Positions 19,428 through 29,000 are shown, numbered from the stretch's first letter. The stretch: DNA of 64,000 nt from Candidatus Poribacteria bacterium (GCA_963665235.2 CAXXLX010000002.1:256001-320000), one strand, 5' to 3'. Numbers and translations are program-made. The notes: generated by a model from the sequence alone, not told the origin.

Positions 19428-20737
19428 TGATTCTCCACCTCCAAATCTATAGCATCATCAGCTTCTAAATTTATAATATTATCCTCGAATTTTCCAACAA
19501 TATCGGGAGAATGGGTTGCGACAATTAGCTGTATTTGCCCACCAAGTGCTACCAGAGACTCTAGAAGTGTTTTTTGCCAAATGAGGTGGAGCGACAACTC
19601 CGGTTCATCTGCGATATAGACCACTGGTTTATCTGATTGAAGTAGGGCTTCGGTAAGTAAAATCAGAATCTGTTTCTCACCCGAGGAGAGGCGGTGCACC
19701 TCTAGGTCAGAGAGTGAAGAAGATCCAATCTTTATCTTTAACTTTCCACTTTCATCTACCTTAATGGATTTGTTACGCAAAAATGAATTGGCAAATTTCT
19801 CATAAAGACGCAATTGAGCCAAAATATCTCCTCTATCTTCTTCAAGTTTTCTTGAATGCTCAACCATGTTTTTGGTTCGACTGATCAGTGGAAAAACAAG
19901 TGTATCTTTGAATTTCAAATCTGCATCTTCAATGTTTCTAATTCGTTCGACTGATTCCTTTGCAGTATCAAAATGTTGATTAATTCTGCTCCGCATCTGT
20001 TCGTCTAGAAGATCGGCAGCACCAAAAGCCCTGATTAATTGTTCTTTCTCAACTTCTGTTGGTAAAGAACGAATTGACTCCAGAATCAAATCAGGTTGAT
20101 CTTGGTCTTTGCTGTAAAGGATCACTGATAGAACTTGACGTGAAAACTCTCTGTACCGTTCAGAAAGGCGTGCACTTAAGCCAGAGCGATACTCAGAAAG
20201 CTTTTCCAATAATCCAGAAAGTCGTGCGTCTACCGATTCCAAAGAATTTGTCCGAGATCTTTCTTCATCACCCTCTGGCACAGTTAAACGACGACTTACG
20301 GGAAGCCAAAGGAGAGGAACTAAGTTGGTCAATCTATTAGAAAATTCCTCTTCATCACTATACATCGATCTTCTGGTGCTTCTACCTATTTCATCCCTAA
20401 ACACTGTTTTTCCAGTAACGATGTTTCGCTCAAGCGACGAATTTTTCTCCCCAGTGAGTTCCAATTTTAAGGACCTGTTATCCTTCTCAACAGTAATAGT
20501 ATTGGGTCCATCATCTTCGCCTTCAAATTTACTTATCCCAATTTTGGCTTGCTCAAAATCAACTTTTCGGAGACTTTCCAAATCTACCGATAAGATCGAA
20601 TGGAGAAGGTTCAAAATAGTGGTTTTACCAGAGGCATTCGGACCTATCAGTATATTTACGTCGTCATAAAAAGTTAGGTGAATGTCTCTATAGTCCCACA
20701 GTTTGGTTATTTCAAAGGACTCAATACGGTACATCAT
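19424..20737 (-). CDS. ABC-type (AAA_15/AAA_21) ATPase, PARIS AriA-like
   Basis: Walker A GPNASGKT, signature LSSGEKQ, Walker B YIADEPE-SLH, ATHSP. Confidence 0.85.
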   Translation of the reverse strand: MMYRIESFEITKLWDYRDIHLTFYDDVNILIGPNASGKTTILNLLHSILSVDLESLRKVDFEQAKIGISKFEGEDDGPNTITVEKDNRSLKLELTGEKNSSLERNIVTGKTVFRDEIGRSTRRSMYSDEEEFSNRLTNLVPLLWLPVSRRLTVPEGDEERSRTNSLESVDARLSGLLEKLSEYRSGLSARLSERYREFSRQVLSVILYSKDQDQPDLILESIRSLPTEVEKEQLIRAFGAADLLDEQMRSRINQHFDTAKESVERIRNIEDADLKFKDTLVFPLISRTKNMVEHSRKLEEDRGDILAQLRLYEKFANSFLRNKSIKVDESGKLKIKIGSSSLSDLEVHRLSSGEKQILILLTEALLQSDKPVVYIADEPELSLHLIWQKTLLESLVALGGQIQLIVATHSPDIVGKFEDNIINLEADDAIDLEVENQ

Positions 20738-20959
20738 TTGTCTCCATCTGCTTGACGATAAGATCGTTAAGGATATGCAAAAAGCACGCTGACAAGCGTT
20801 AAAACGAATTTGTATGTCAACAACTTTTTTGCGATGTGTTCGACGAAAAGCGTTAATTTTCCGTTCGCATACTTTAAAGTATACGATATTTTACGGAAAA
20901 TGTCGAATTAACCCGATAATCCGGCTATTTTCCGCATCGTCTTCGTCAAATACCAATTC

Positions 20960-20989
20960 ATTATACCGTAAAATGGATCTGTATGTCAA
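20960..20989 (-). promoter_or_regulatory. Consensus sigma70 promoter ahead of the PARIS-cas operon
   Basis: Minus strand TTGACA (20989-20984), 18 nt, TATAAT (20965-20960). Confidence 0.75.
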
Positions 20990-21090
20990 CACTTTTTTCG
21001 CAAAAAACACCGAATTTTTACCGAATTCGGTTAATTTGCTTAGATTTTAGCATTTTCTTAAAAATTTGTCAACAATTTTTTTCAAAAAAA

Positions 21091-21297
21091 TCATCCCCCC
21101 TGCACGGCACGAATAATTTCAACCTCACTGTTTTCACGCAATTGCGTTGTCTGCCACGCTGCTTTGGGGATAACCTCCCTATTCACCGCTACAGCAATGC
21201 CCGACTGCACCGGCTCCAGCTCCAAAAGAAGGAGTAATTCATGTAGGCTCAAATCGGAGCGGACCTCTCGCTCTTCTCCGTTAACACGTATCTTCAT
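21091..21297 (-). CDS. thiS: Sulfur carrier protein ThiS
   Basis: MKIRVNGE...IAVAVNREVIP...VEIIRAVQGG with C-terminal GG. Confidence 0.96.
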   Translation of the reverse strand: MKIRVNGEEREVRSDLSLHELLLLLELEPVQSGIAVAVNREVIPKAAWQTTQLRENSEVEIIRAVQGG

Positions 21298-21309
21298 TTT
21301 TTCCCCTAC

Positions 21310-22470
21310 TTACGACACATGACGTGCATCCACTACTTTAAAAAACCGAGCCAGGTTGAATGGGGCGATTGTCTCCGATGTTTCACCTGTCAGAATCAGT
21401 TTGGAGACTTCGTAGGCGGTGATGGGGGTGAGTAAGATGCCGTTACGATAGTGCCCTGTCGCATATATGAGATTGTCAATGGGCGTTTTGCCGAGTATGG
21501 GTGCATTGTCTGTGCTACCAGGACGTAAACCTGTCCACGTTTCAATAAGGGGCAGGTCATAAACACCGGGCACGGCCTCACACGCTCCATGGAGGAGTTC
21601 GTACACACCACCAACGGTCAGATCGGTGTGAAATCCCTTCTCCTCGGTTGTTGCTCCGACGATAAGTCTACCATCGGCTCTCGGCACTAAATATACGGGC
21701 ATCGGATACCTCGCTTTGACGGTCCGGACGACGTTTTTAAGCATAAACCCATCCTGCATTCGCAACGCTAACATCTGTCCCTTCACGGGCCGCACGGGGG
21801 GGATAACAGTGTCCGGTAACCCGCTGAGCTGTCCGGACCAGCAGCCTGCGGCGAGAATAAGCACGTCTGCTGCTTGAAAACCGTCCGCTGTCTGAATGCC
21901 CGTCGCTGTGCCGTTCTCTATGACAACGCTTTCAACATTGGTATTTTGATGCAATACGCCGCCGCGTCCCTGATAAGCACGTTGGAGTGCCTGGGTCATC
22001 AGTCGATTGTCGACCTGATGGTCGGTTTCACAACGAACTGCTGCTGTCACATAAGGGGAGAGGGCTCTTTCAATTTTACGGGCTTCTTGTCCGCTTAACC
22101 ACTCGACATTTAACCCTAAATCTTGTTGTAGGTTATAAGCATGCTCGAGTTGATATGCATCATCAGGCTTCATTCCTATAATGAGGGTGCCTTCTGCTCG
22201 ATACCCGATTGGCATTCCTGTTTCTGTCTCTAACTCATTGACCCATTCTGGATAACGTGCTAAACTTTGATTGCTGAGTTTGAGGAGGTCGAGTTCGTCG
22301 ATATGTGCTTCGGCAATTGGGCCGAGCATACCGGCGGCTGCCCAGGAGGCTCCGCGTCCGGCTTGTCCACGCTCGTAAATGGTAACAGCAGCACCCGCTT
22401 TCGCTAATTGCCACCCGATACCGAGTCCAATTACACCACCACCAATGATGAGAATCTTCCTATTTTCCAT
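21310..22470 (-). CDS. thiO: Glycine oxidase ThiO (copy 1)
   Basis: IIGGGVIG, ASWAAAGML, PVKGQ, GLRPG, ATGHYRNGILL. Confidence 0.93.
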   Translation of the reverse strand: MENRKILIIGGGVIGLGIGWQLAKAGAAVTIYERGQAGRGASWAAAGMLGPIAEAHIDELDLLKLSNQSLARYPEWVNELETETGMPIGYRAEGTLIIGMKPDDAYQLEHAYNLQQDLGLNVEWLSGQEARKIERALSPYVTAAVRCETDHQVDNRLMTQALQRAYQGRGGVLHQNTNVESVVIENGTATGIQTADGFQAADVLILAAGCWSGQLSGLPDTVIPPVRPVKGQMLALRMQDGFMLKNVVRTVKARYPMPVYLVPRADGRLIVGATTEEKGFHTDLTVGGVYELLHGACEAVPGVYDLPLIETWTGLRPGSTDNAPILGKTPIDNLIYATGHYRNGILLTPITAYEVSKLILTGETSETIAPFNLARFFKVVDARHVS

Positions 22471-22575
22471 TATTACTCACCTTTTCTAATTTTTGCTTTG
22501 ATTGTTTTTTAGAGATTATAGCATATTTTCCATTTTTAAGGCAAATTTTGAGGCAATAACGCACTAAACTAGAGC

Positions 22576-22673
22576 TCGCGTGCACAGCACGCTCCTACAG
22601 AAGAGAAGGGTCGCGTGCACAGCACGCTCCTACAGAATATAAGAAAAACATCGCTAACACAGCACGCTCCTAC
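22576..22673 (-). repeat. GTAG-type REP cluster (GTAGGAGCGTGCTGTGCACGCGA)
   Basis: Two full and one partial copy of TCGCGTGCACAGCACGCTCCTAC between the thiO genes; related inverted pair at 29928-30070. Confidence 0.75.
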
Positions 22674-23809
22674 AGAGGAAAAAACCGGTTCAATTGAAAT
22701 GGGGCGATTGTCTCCGAAGTCTCACCGGTCAAAATAAGTTTGGCGATTTGGTAAGCGGTGATGGGGGTGAGTAAGATGCCGTTACGATAATGACCTGTGG
22801 CGTATATCAGATTGTCAATGGGCGTTTTGCCGAGTATGGGAGCGTTGTCTCTGCTACCAGGGCGTAAACCTGCCCATGTCTCCAAAAGAGGCAGTTCATA
22901 AACACCCGGCACCGCCTCACCTGCTCCACGGAGCAATTCAAATATACCGCCTGCTGTTAGACGTGTGTCAAATCCCATCTCCTCGCTGGTTGCACCGACG
23001 ATAAGCCTACCGTTGGTTTTCGGTACCAGATATACGGACATCGGATATCTCGCTCGGACTGTCCGAATGACGTTTTTGATCGTAATCCCGGACTCCATTT
23101 GCAATGCTAACATCTGTCCTTTCACAGGACGGACCGGGGGGATAAGGGTATTCGGTAATCCATCAATCCCGGCAGACCAGCATCCCGCGGCGAGAATAAG
23201 CACGTCTGCTGCTTGAAAACTATCGGCTGTCTGAACCCCAATTGCTGTGCCGTTTTTTATGACAATTTGCTCAATTGGGCTGTTTTCATGTAATATCCCA
23301 CCGCACGCCTGATAGGCACGTTGGAGTGCTTTAACCATTAACCTATTGTCAACCTGATGGTCGGTTTTGCAATGGAGTGCTGCGGTGACGCGAGGTGAGA
23401 GCGTCGTTTCAATGTCGCGTGCCTCGCGTCCACTTAGCCAATTGACATCTAGCTCTAATTGCTGTTGTGCCTCGTAAAGATGGCGGAGCTGGGCGGTGTC
23501 GTCCGGCTCTAATCCGACAATGAGTGTGCCTTCTACCCGATAGCCGACAGACATCTGCGCATCTGCCTCTAATTCACACACCCATTGCGGATAGCACGCC
23601 AAACTTTGACATCCAAGGGTGAGCAGGGCTGCCTCCTCGGTATGCGCCTCGGCGAGGGGGGCGAGCATGCCAGCAGCGGCCCAAGAGGCAGCTCGACCCG
23701 CCCGGTCACGTTCGTGAATGGTGACGGATGCTCCCGCTTTGGCAAGTTGCCACCCGATACCGAGCCCAATTATGCCACCACCAATGATGAGAATGTTTCT
23801 GTTTGACAT
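22670..23809 (-). CDS. thiO: Glycine oxidase ThiO (copy 2)
   Basis: Same motifs; close paralog of the adjacent gene. Confidence 0.93.
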   Translation of the reverse strand: MSNRNILIIGGGIIGLGIGWQLAKAGASVTIHERDRAGRAASWAAAGMLAPLAEAHTEEAALLTLGCQSLACYPQWVCELEADAQMSVGYRVEGTLIVGLEPDDTAQLRHLYEAQQQLELDVNWLSGREARDIETTLSPRVTAALHCKTDHQVDNRLMVKALQRAYQACGGILHENSPIEQIVIKNGTAIGVQTADSFQAADVLILAAGCWSAGIDGLPNTLIPPVRPVKGQMLALQMESGITIKNVIRTVRARYPMSVYLVPKTNGRLIVGATSEEMGFDTRLTAGGIFELLRGAGEAVPGVYELPLLETWAGLRPGSRDNAPILGKTPIDNLIYATGHYRNGILLTPITAYQIAKLILTGETSETIAPFQLNRFFPL

Positions 23810-23826
23810 TAACCCTTGCTGTAAAC

Positions 23827-25389
23827 CTATTTTTTTTCTTTTTCACCTAACAAATTGATGAAAAGGTCTTCTACCTTGACTTTTTTGGTAATCAACCCTT
23901 TTTCAAGGGCAAACTTGGTGAAGGCTTCCCACTTCTCTTTGGATTGCACCTGTGTTGTAGCGAATACCTCTAGCGTGTCCCGAAAAGCGAGTTCTTCCAA
24001 TTCCTTATCGGCTTCAGGGTTGGCCTGGAAGAAGAGTTGCAGTGCTTTGTCAGGATTCTTTTTCGTGAATTTTATCGCCGCCTGAATGGCTTTCATCAGG
24101 TTTATCGCTGTTGCTGAATGTTTTTCCAAATAAGCGTCGCTAGTGATGATAACTAGCTCATAATAGTCGGGAATACCGTGCTTCTCTAGTGCGAAAAAGT
24201 CGGCTTCTTGACCCTTGAGTTTCAACATGTTAATTTCGTAGTTGCGAAACGGGCCGATAACGGCATCAATTTGTCCCCCGACAAGAGGTGCAATAATATT
24301 TGTGCCGATGTCTATCAATTCGTAGTCCTCTTTTGATAGTCCGGCGTTTGCTGCAATTGCATCGAATAGCAGTACGTCTAATGGTGCGACGGTGTATCCG
24401 ATTTTTCGTCCTTTGAAATCGGCGGGGGTTTTTATGCCCGTTTTCTTGAGAAAGGTGATTGTGTTGAGCGGATGCTCGACGAGCAAACCGATGGCTTTGA
24501 CCGGTAAAACCTCTTCGCTTGCGCGGGCAATTGTGACGCTCTGTTGATAACTCACTGCAAAGGGGGCTTTTCCAGCGGCTACTAATTTCAACGGTGCGTT
24601 CGGGTCGCCGCCCCATTGCAATTCAACCGCTAGGCCGTGTTTGGCAAAAATTTTGTTTTCCTGGGCAACATATAGCGGGGCATGGTCGACGTTGGGAAAC
24701 CAGTCAAGCAGGAGCGTGACCTTCTCTAATTCGGGCGGTGGCGGGGCTTTATAGATTGCTTTTACAACGGCATCCACCCCGACAAACATACCCCAATTTC
24801 CCCAAGATTGACTTACCTTCACTAGCAACAAGTTATCCCCCTGTTTTAGGTTAACTTGAAACATGTCTTCATAGCCTCCGGTGCTTCGGTCGATTGGGTT
24901 TTTATGAACCACTTCACCGTTGAGCCAAACCTTGACAGAGTCGTCACTGCCGACGTACATCTTTACGCCATTCTGTGGGCTTGCGGACTCAAGTGTAATC
25001 AAGCCGTAAGCTGAATAGTCAATCATTTCAGCATCTGCCCATCCCAATTTACTGAAGAGATCTGTTAGGTTATCAATCTCACCGACGAAATTATAGGTGT
25101 TCTCAATGTTCCTAAAGCGAAGTTCACTGAGTGTCCATGCATAATCGCCGACGAAGTCTCCGCCGTTTGCTCCGTTAGTTGCGACATCTATCTCTGTGGT
25201 GTCGCCATTACTGGCAACCGCGAGTGAATCCACATCGGTAGAATTCGCGCCACCCAGTCCCGGTTCGGTTGGGGCAATCATCCAGAGCCATGGCCCGGCT
25301 ATATACTCTTGGGCGATGCAAGGAGATAGATAGAGCGTTGAAATCAGAAACAGTGTAAAGAGAAGAGTAGAACATAAATTCGTTTTCAT
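23827..25389 (-). CDS. ThiY/NMT1-family substrate-binding protein with an extra N-terminal beta-sandwich domain
   Basis: Signal peptide; N-domain GPWLWMIAP...SDDSVKVWLNG...LKQGDNLLLVKV; Pro linker; LLLDWFPNVDHAPLYVA, AVSYQ, GIPDYYELV. Confidence 0.85.
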   Translation of the reverse strand: MKTNLCSTLLFTLFLISTLYLSPCIAQEYIAGPWLWMIAPTEPGLGGANSTDVDSLAVASNGDTTEIDVATNGANGGDFVGDYAWTLSELRFRNIENTYNFVGEIDNLTDLFSKLGWADAEMIDYSAYGLITLESASPQNGVKMYVGSDDSVKVWLNGEVVHKNPIDRSTGGYEDMFQVNLKQGDNLLLVKVSQSWGNWGMFVGVDAVVKAIYKAPPPPELEKVTLLLDWFPNVDHAPLYVAQENKIFAKHGLAVELQWGGDPNAPLKLVAAGKAPFAVSYQQSVTIARASEEVLPVKAIGLLVEHPLNTITFLKKTGIKTPADFKGRKIGYTVAPLDVLLFDAIAANAGLSKEDYELIDIGTNIIAPLVGGQIDAVIGPFRNYEINMLKLKGQEADFFALEKHGIPDYYELVIITSDAYLEKHSATAINLMKAIQAAIKFTKKNPDKALQLFFQANPEADKELEELAFRDTLEVFATTQVQSKEKWEAFTKFALEKGLITKKVKVEDLFINLLGEKEKK

Positions 25390-25414
25390 TGGAATTCCTC
25401 CTAAATGAATAGAC

Positions 25415-26188
25415 TTATCGGATATCCGATATGTTTTTTTGATGCCGTCGCCACGGCATTGCGTATCGTTCTAATAATGTCATTAGGGCAAAGAGTGCTA
25501 AGCCTAATAGTGTTAGACAGAAAATAGCTGCGAATACGACTGAAGTCTGGAGTTGCGCATTTGCGTACAACATGAGATAGCCGAGTCCAGCACTTGAACC
25601 GACCCATTCGCCTATTACTGCTCCGATTGTGGAGATGGATATGCCGATTTTCGCGCCGGAGAAGATAAATGGCAATGCTGATGGGATGTACACTTTCCAG
25701 AGAATCTGCCATCGCGTTGCCCGCAGGATGCGAAAAAGGTTTACCGTATCGGTATCGGCGGATTTCAAACCGTCTAATGTGTTCATGACAATTGCGAAAA
25801 ATACGATTATCGCGGCCATGACAACTTTTGAGGAAATCCCGAAACCGAACCACATCACTAATAAAGGTGCAATCGCAAATACTGGCACCGTTTGTGACCC
25901 AATGACATAAGGATAGAAGGCTTTCTCCAAGAGTGGAAACTCGAACATCAGCACGGATAGCGGAATGCCGATGCTAACTGCAAGTGCAAATCCGAGTAGC
26001 ATCTCCTGTAGCGTGACGAGCGAATGTTTCAGCAGGAGTTCGTGTTTTACGAAGAGTGTCACCACAATTTTTGAGGGGGCTGGCAGGATATAACGCGGTA
26101 TATCTTTAAAATACACGGCTGCTTCCCATATCCCCAACACAGTCAATAGGATGGCCACTGGCAGCACGAGTCTGCTGAAGGTTCGCAT
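25415..26188 (-). CDS. ABC transporter permease (ThiX/SsuC-like)
   Basis: YILPAPS, QTVP..AIAPL..WFGFG, ALPFIFSG, GAVIGEW..GLGY; hydrophobic. Confidence 0.92.
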   Translation of the reverse strand: MRTFSRLVLPVAILLTVLGIWEAAVYFKDIPRYILPAPSKIVVTLFVKHELLLKHSLVTLQEMLLGFALAVSIGIPLSVLMFEFPLLEKAFYPYVIGSQTVPVFAIAPLLVMWFGFGISSKVVMAAIIVFFAIVMNTLDGLKSADTDTVNLFRILRATRWQILWKVYIPSALPFIFSGAKIGISISTIGAVIGEWVGSSAGLGYLMLYANAQLQTSVVFAAIFCLTLLGLALFALMTLLERYAMPWRRHQKNISDIR

Positions 26189-26354
26189 CTGCTTTTCATA
26201 ACAGCAAAAAAGCCGTCTTCCATTTTCGGTATAGGGGACATGTCAGCACCAAAAAGGAAGCGGCTCGATACCTCATCAATAGAAGGTGTGCAATCGGGGC
26301 GTGCTCCGATTGTTTTAAAGTCGCTTAGAGGACCGATTTTTATCGCGGTTCTCT

Positions 26355-26430
26355 GTGTTTCCCTACGCTGGCATGACCCAGATCAGGTTCAAAGGGTGTT
26401 TTCTCAGCTCTTAAATAAGAGCACCCCATA
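26355..26430 (-). ncRNA. TPP riboswitch
   Basis: Minus strand GGGGTGC...GCTGAGAAAACACCCTTTGAACCTGATCTGGGTCATGCCAGCGTAGGGAA, upstream of the thiamine genes. Confidence 0.95.
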
Positions 26431-26484
26431 ATATACTACGAATTTTATTATACCATATTTTCAAAACGGTTGCAAAATTTTTCG

Positions 26485-27588
26485 TTAATCCACGGGCATC
26501 GCGGGGGCTGGAATTTCCACGGCTTGCTCACTCCAGAATTTGTACGCGCCAGTGTGAAGCGGTATTACAAACACCTTCGAGGCGTTTTCTATTGTCATAT
26601 CCGCTGCAGAACCGCCAGTAGCGGCTATCATCGCTTCCAACCCTTCAGCGGTATAAAGTCGTTTTAAGATAGCGTAGACAGCATCGGCGGGGACATCCTT
26701 GTGAGCAATAAGCAGTGATGGCATCAAAATCGTGTTCACCGGTGCTACTTTACCATCGTAAGCTCCCGCTGGTAACGTGCCCGATAGGTAAAACGGATAC
26801 TGTTCATAGAAACCGGATTCTTGTGCGGGCGCGTCCATGTCAAGCATCCTGATTTCATGGGATGCGGCGAGTTGCGCCATGGCATCGTTTGGAACGCTAA
26901 CTAACCATTGAAAAACGTCTACTTCACCACTTACGAGTGCTTCTACACCATCGTCTCCGCCTTTGAAGACCGGTGTGATTTCGTCCCAGATGCCGAGCGA
27001 TCTGGTCAGACGTTCCATGGTTTTTGCTGAACCGGACCCCATTGCACCGTTGGCAATTTTTCTGCCTGCCACGTCGGCAAAGTTTTGAATATCACTATCG
27101 GCGAGGACTGCTGCCTGGGCGTAGCCGATATAGAGCAGCGTTACCACCCGGATATTGGTTTTAGCTCCCTCCTCAGCGAAAACTTCTTGACCGTGGTACC
27201 CCAGATAGGCTTCCGATTTAAAGGTAACACCGAGGTAATTCGGATTATCGTTGACGCGACGCGTATTTTCAACGGCCCCGGGGGAGGCTTCAACTGTGAA
27301 CATCAAATGGGGTTCATGCTGCCTGACGATGTTGCTCACGGCATTGGCAAAGGGTGAAAACGTGCCTCCGGGGGCACCTCCGGCGATTGTCAGGGAAACT
27401 GTTTGTGAGTCGTCTACTGGCATGAGGGTTTCCTGAACACGGTCACAACTACTAAGCATAATAGCGAACGATAGAACGATGCACATCATCCCGACATTCA
27501 GATAAGATAACGTTTTGTAAAATGCTCCTGCGCGGCATATCTGAAGCTGTCTTAAATTAAACTGCATTTTTAGCTTTCCTTTTTTCAT
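26485..27588 (-). CDS. TAXI-family TRAP solute receptor (lipoprotein)
   Basis: IAGGAPGGTF, SPGAVEN, GAMGSGS, IPLHTGAYKFW. Confidence 0.9.
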   Translation of the reverse strand: MKKGKLKMQFNLRQLQICRAGAFYKTLSYLNVGMMCIVLSFAIMLSSCDRVQETLMPVDDSQTVSLTIAGGAPGGTFSPFANAVSNIVRQHEPHLMFTVEASPGAVENTRRVNDNPNYLGVTFKSEAYLGYHGQEVFAEEGAKTNIRVVTLLYIGYAQAAVLADSDIQNFADVAGRKIANGAMGSGSAKTMERLTRSLGIWDEITPVFKGGDDGVEALVSGEVDVFQWLVSVPNDAMAQLAASHEIRMLDMDAPAQESGFYEQYPFYLSGTLPAGAYDGKVAPVNTILMPSLLIAHKDVPADAVYAILKRLYTAEGLEAMIAATGGSAADMTIENASKVFVIPLHTGAYKFWSEQAVEIPAPAMPVD

Positions 27589-27692
27589 TAATAAACTTTG
27601 GATAGTTTTTAGAATTCCGCTTTTGATTGATTGATTGTTAATATGCTAACACGTTCGAAAAACAGAGTCAAGGATATATGCGATGAATTCCG

Positions 27693-28730
27693 TTAATCGA
27701 CGGGCATTGCTTGTTCAGGAATTTCTACGCCTTGCTCGCTCCAGAATTTGTACGCACCAGCATGAAGCGGTATAACGAACGCCTTCGGGGCATTTTCTAC
27801 GGTCATATCCGCTGCAGCTCGCGTCACTCGCAGCATGTTTTGATGCCCTTCGGGGGCGTAAACGTGCTTTAACATGGCATAGACAGTCTCCGCCCGCACG
27901 TCTTTGTGGGAAATTAGCAGAGTCGGCATGACAATGGTTTTCACGGATTCAACTTTTCCATCATAAGCTCCCTCAGGTAAGGTTCCCGGGAGGTAGAACG
28001 GATATTTTTCATAGAAACCGTATTTCTTTGCAGGCGTGTCAAGGTCAAGCATGCGGATGGACTTAATGGTTGTGAGCTGGATGATGGCACTGTTGGGAAC
28101 GCTGACGAGCCATTGGAACGCTTCAACTTGCCCATCTTGGAGTGCTTCAGCGGCGGCCGTGCCGCCTTTGTAAATTGGGGTAAATTGTCCCCAGATGCCT
28201 GCTAATTTTGCTAACCGTTCTAGCGTTTTAGCGGTGCCGGAGCCGCTTGCCCCGCAAGCAATCTTTTTCCCGACAATGTCCTCGAATTGATGCACATCGC
28301 TGTTCTGTGGAGTTGAGAATTGGTCGTACGCCATAAAGAGGAGTGTCACAGCGCGGAGATTGGTTTGGGGGCCGTCTTTTTCAAAAATTTCTTTCCCATA
28401 ATACCCCAGATAGGCTTCGGATGCGAAGAGGACACCGAGGGTTTCCGAATCTTTGTTGATACGACGGGTGTTTTCAATTGAACCGGCGGATGCTGTGACG
28501 GCTATCTTAAGATGCGGTTCATGTTTGGTGACAATACTTCTGATGCCCCCAGCGAATTGGGAGAAACTACCGCCTATGCTGCCTCCCATAATGGAGAGCC
28601 ACTCCTTTTTTGGGGTGACTGTGTTTTCTGTGGTACTTTTATCGCTCTGTTTACTGTTATCGCTGCATCCGCAGAAAACGGTCAGCGCAACTATAACGAG
28701 GCATATCCCTAGCTGAAACTTTTTTAACAT
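27693..28730 (-). CDS. TAXI-family TRAP solute receptor (paralog)
   Basis: Probable start MLKKFQLG (28730), lipobox FCGC, SAGSIEN, GASGSGT, IPLHAGAYKFW. Confidence 0.9.
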   Translation of the reverse strand: MLKKFQLGICLVIVALTVFCGCSDNSKQSDKSTTENTVTPKKEWLSIMGGSIGGSFSQFAGGIRSIVTKHEPHLKIAVTASAGSIENTRRINKDSETLGVLFASEAYLGYYGKEIFEKDGPQTNLRAVTLLFMAYDQFSTPQNSDVHQFEDIVGKKIACGASGSGTAKTLERLAKLAGIWGQFTPIYKGGTAAAEALQDGQVEAFQWLVSVPNSAIIQLTTIKSIRMLDLDTPAKKYGFYEKYPFYLPGTLPEGAYDGKVESVKTIVMPTLLISHKDVRAETVYAMLKHVYAPEGHQNMLRVTRAAADMTVENAPKAFVIPLHAGAYKFWSEQGVEIPEQAMPVD

Positions 28731-28836
28731 TACGCGTCCTTTCTGTGATAGATATAGCAAAATAATACCACAGTGCCGATGATATTTCAAGTTAATTACG
28801 GTTGGGTGTGTAAAGTTTTCGTCATAATGATAGAGG

Positions 28837-29000
28837 GAAGGATGGAAGGGTGGAAGGATGGAAGGGTGGAAGGGTGGAAGGGTGGAAAGGTGGAAGGATG
28901 GAAGGGTGGAAAGGTGGAAGGATGGAAGGATGGAAGAGGGGATTTCGCTTGTGTTGTCTGAATCGCGGATTAGCACGGAGAACGCGGAGAACACGGAGTT
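28837..29000. repeat. Octamer microsatellite (GGAAGG[A/G]T)n followed by a GAATCGCGGATTAGC.CGGAGAAC.CGGAG module
   Basis: About 12 octamers at 28837-28937; the same composite occurs at 37947-38050, partial at 38185-38235 and 41372-41420. Confidence 0.85.
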
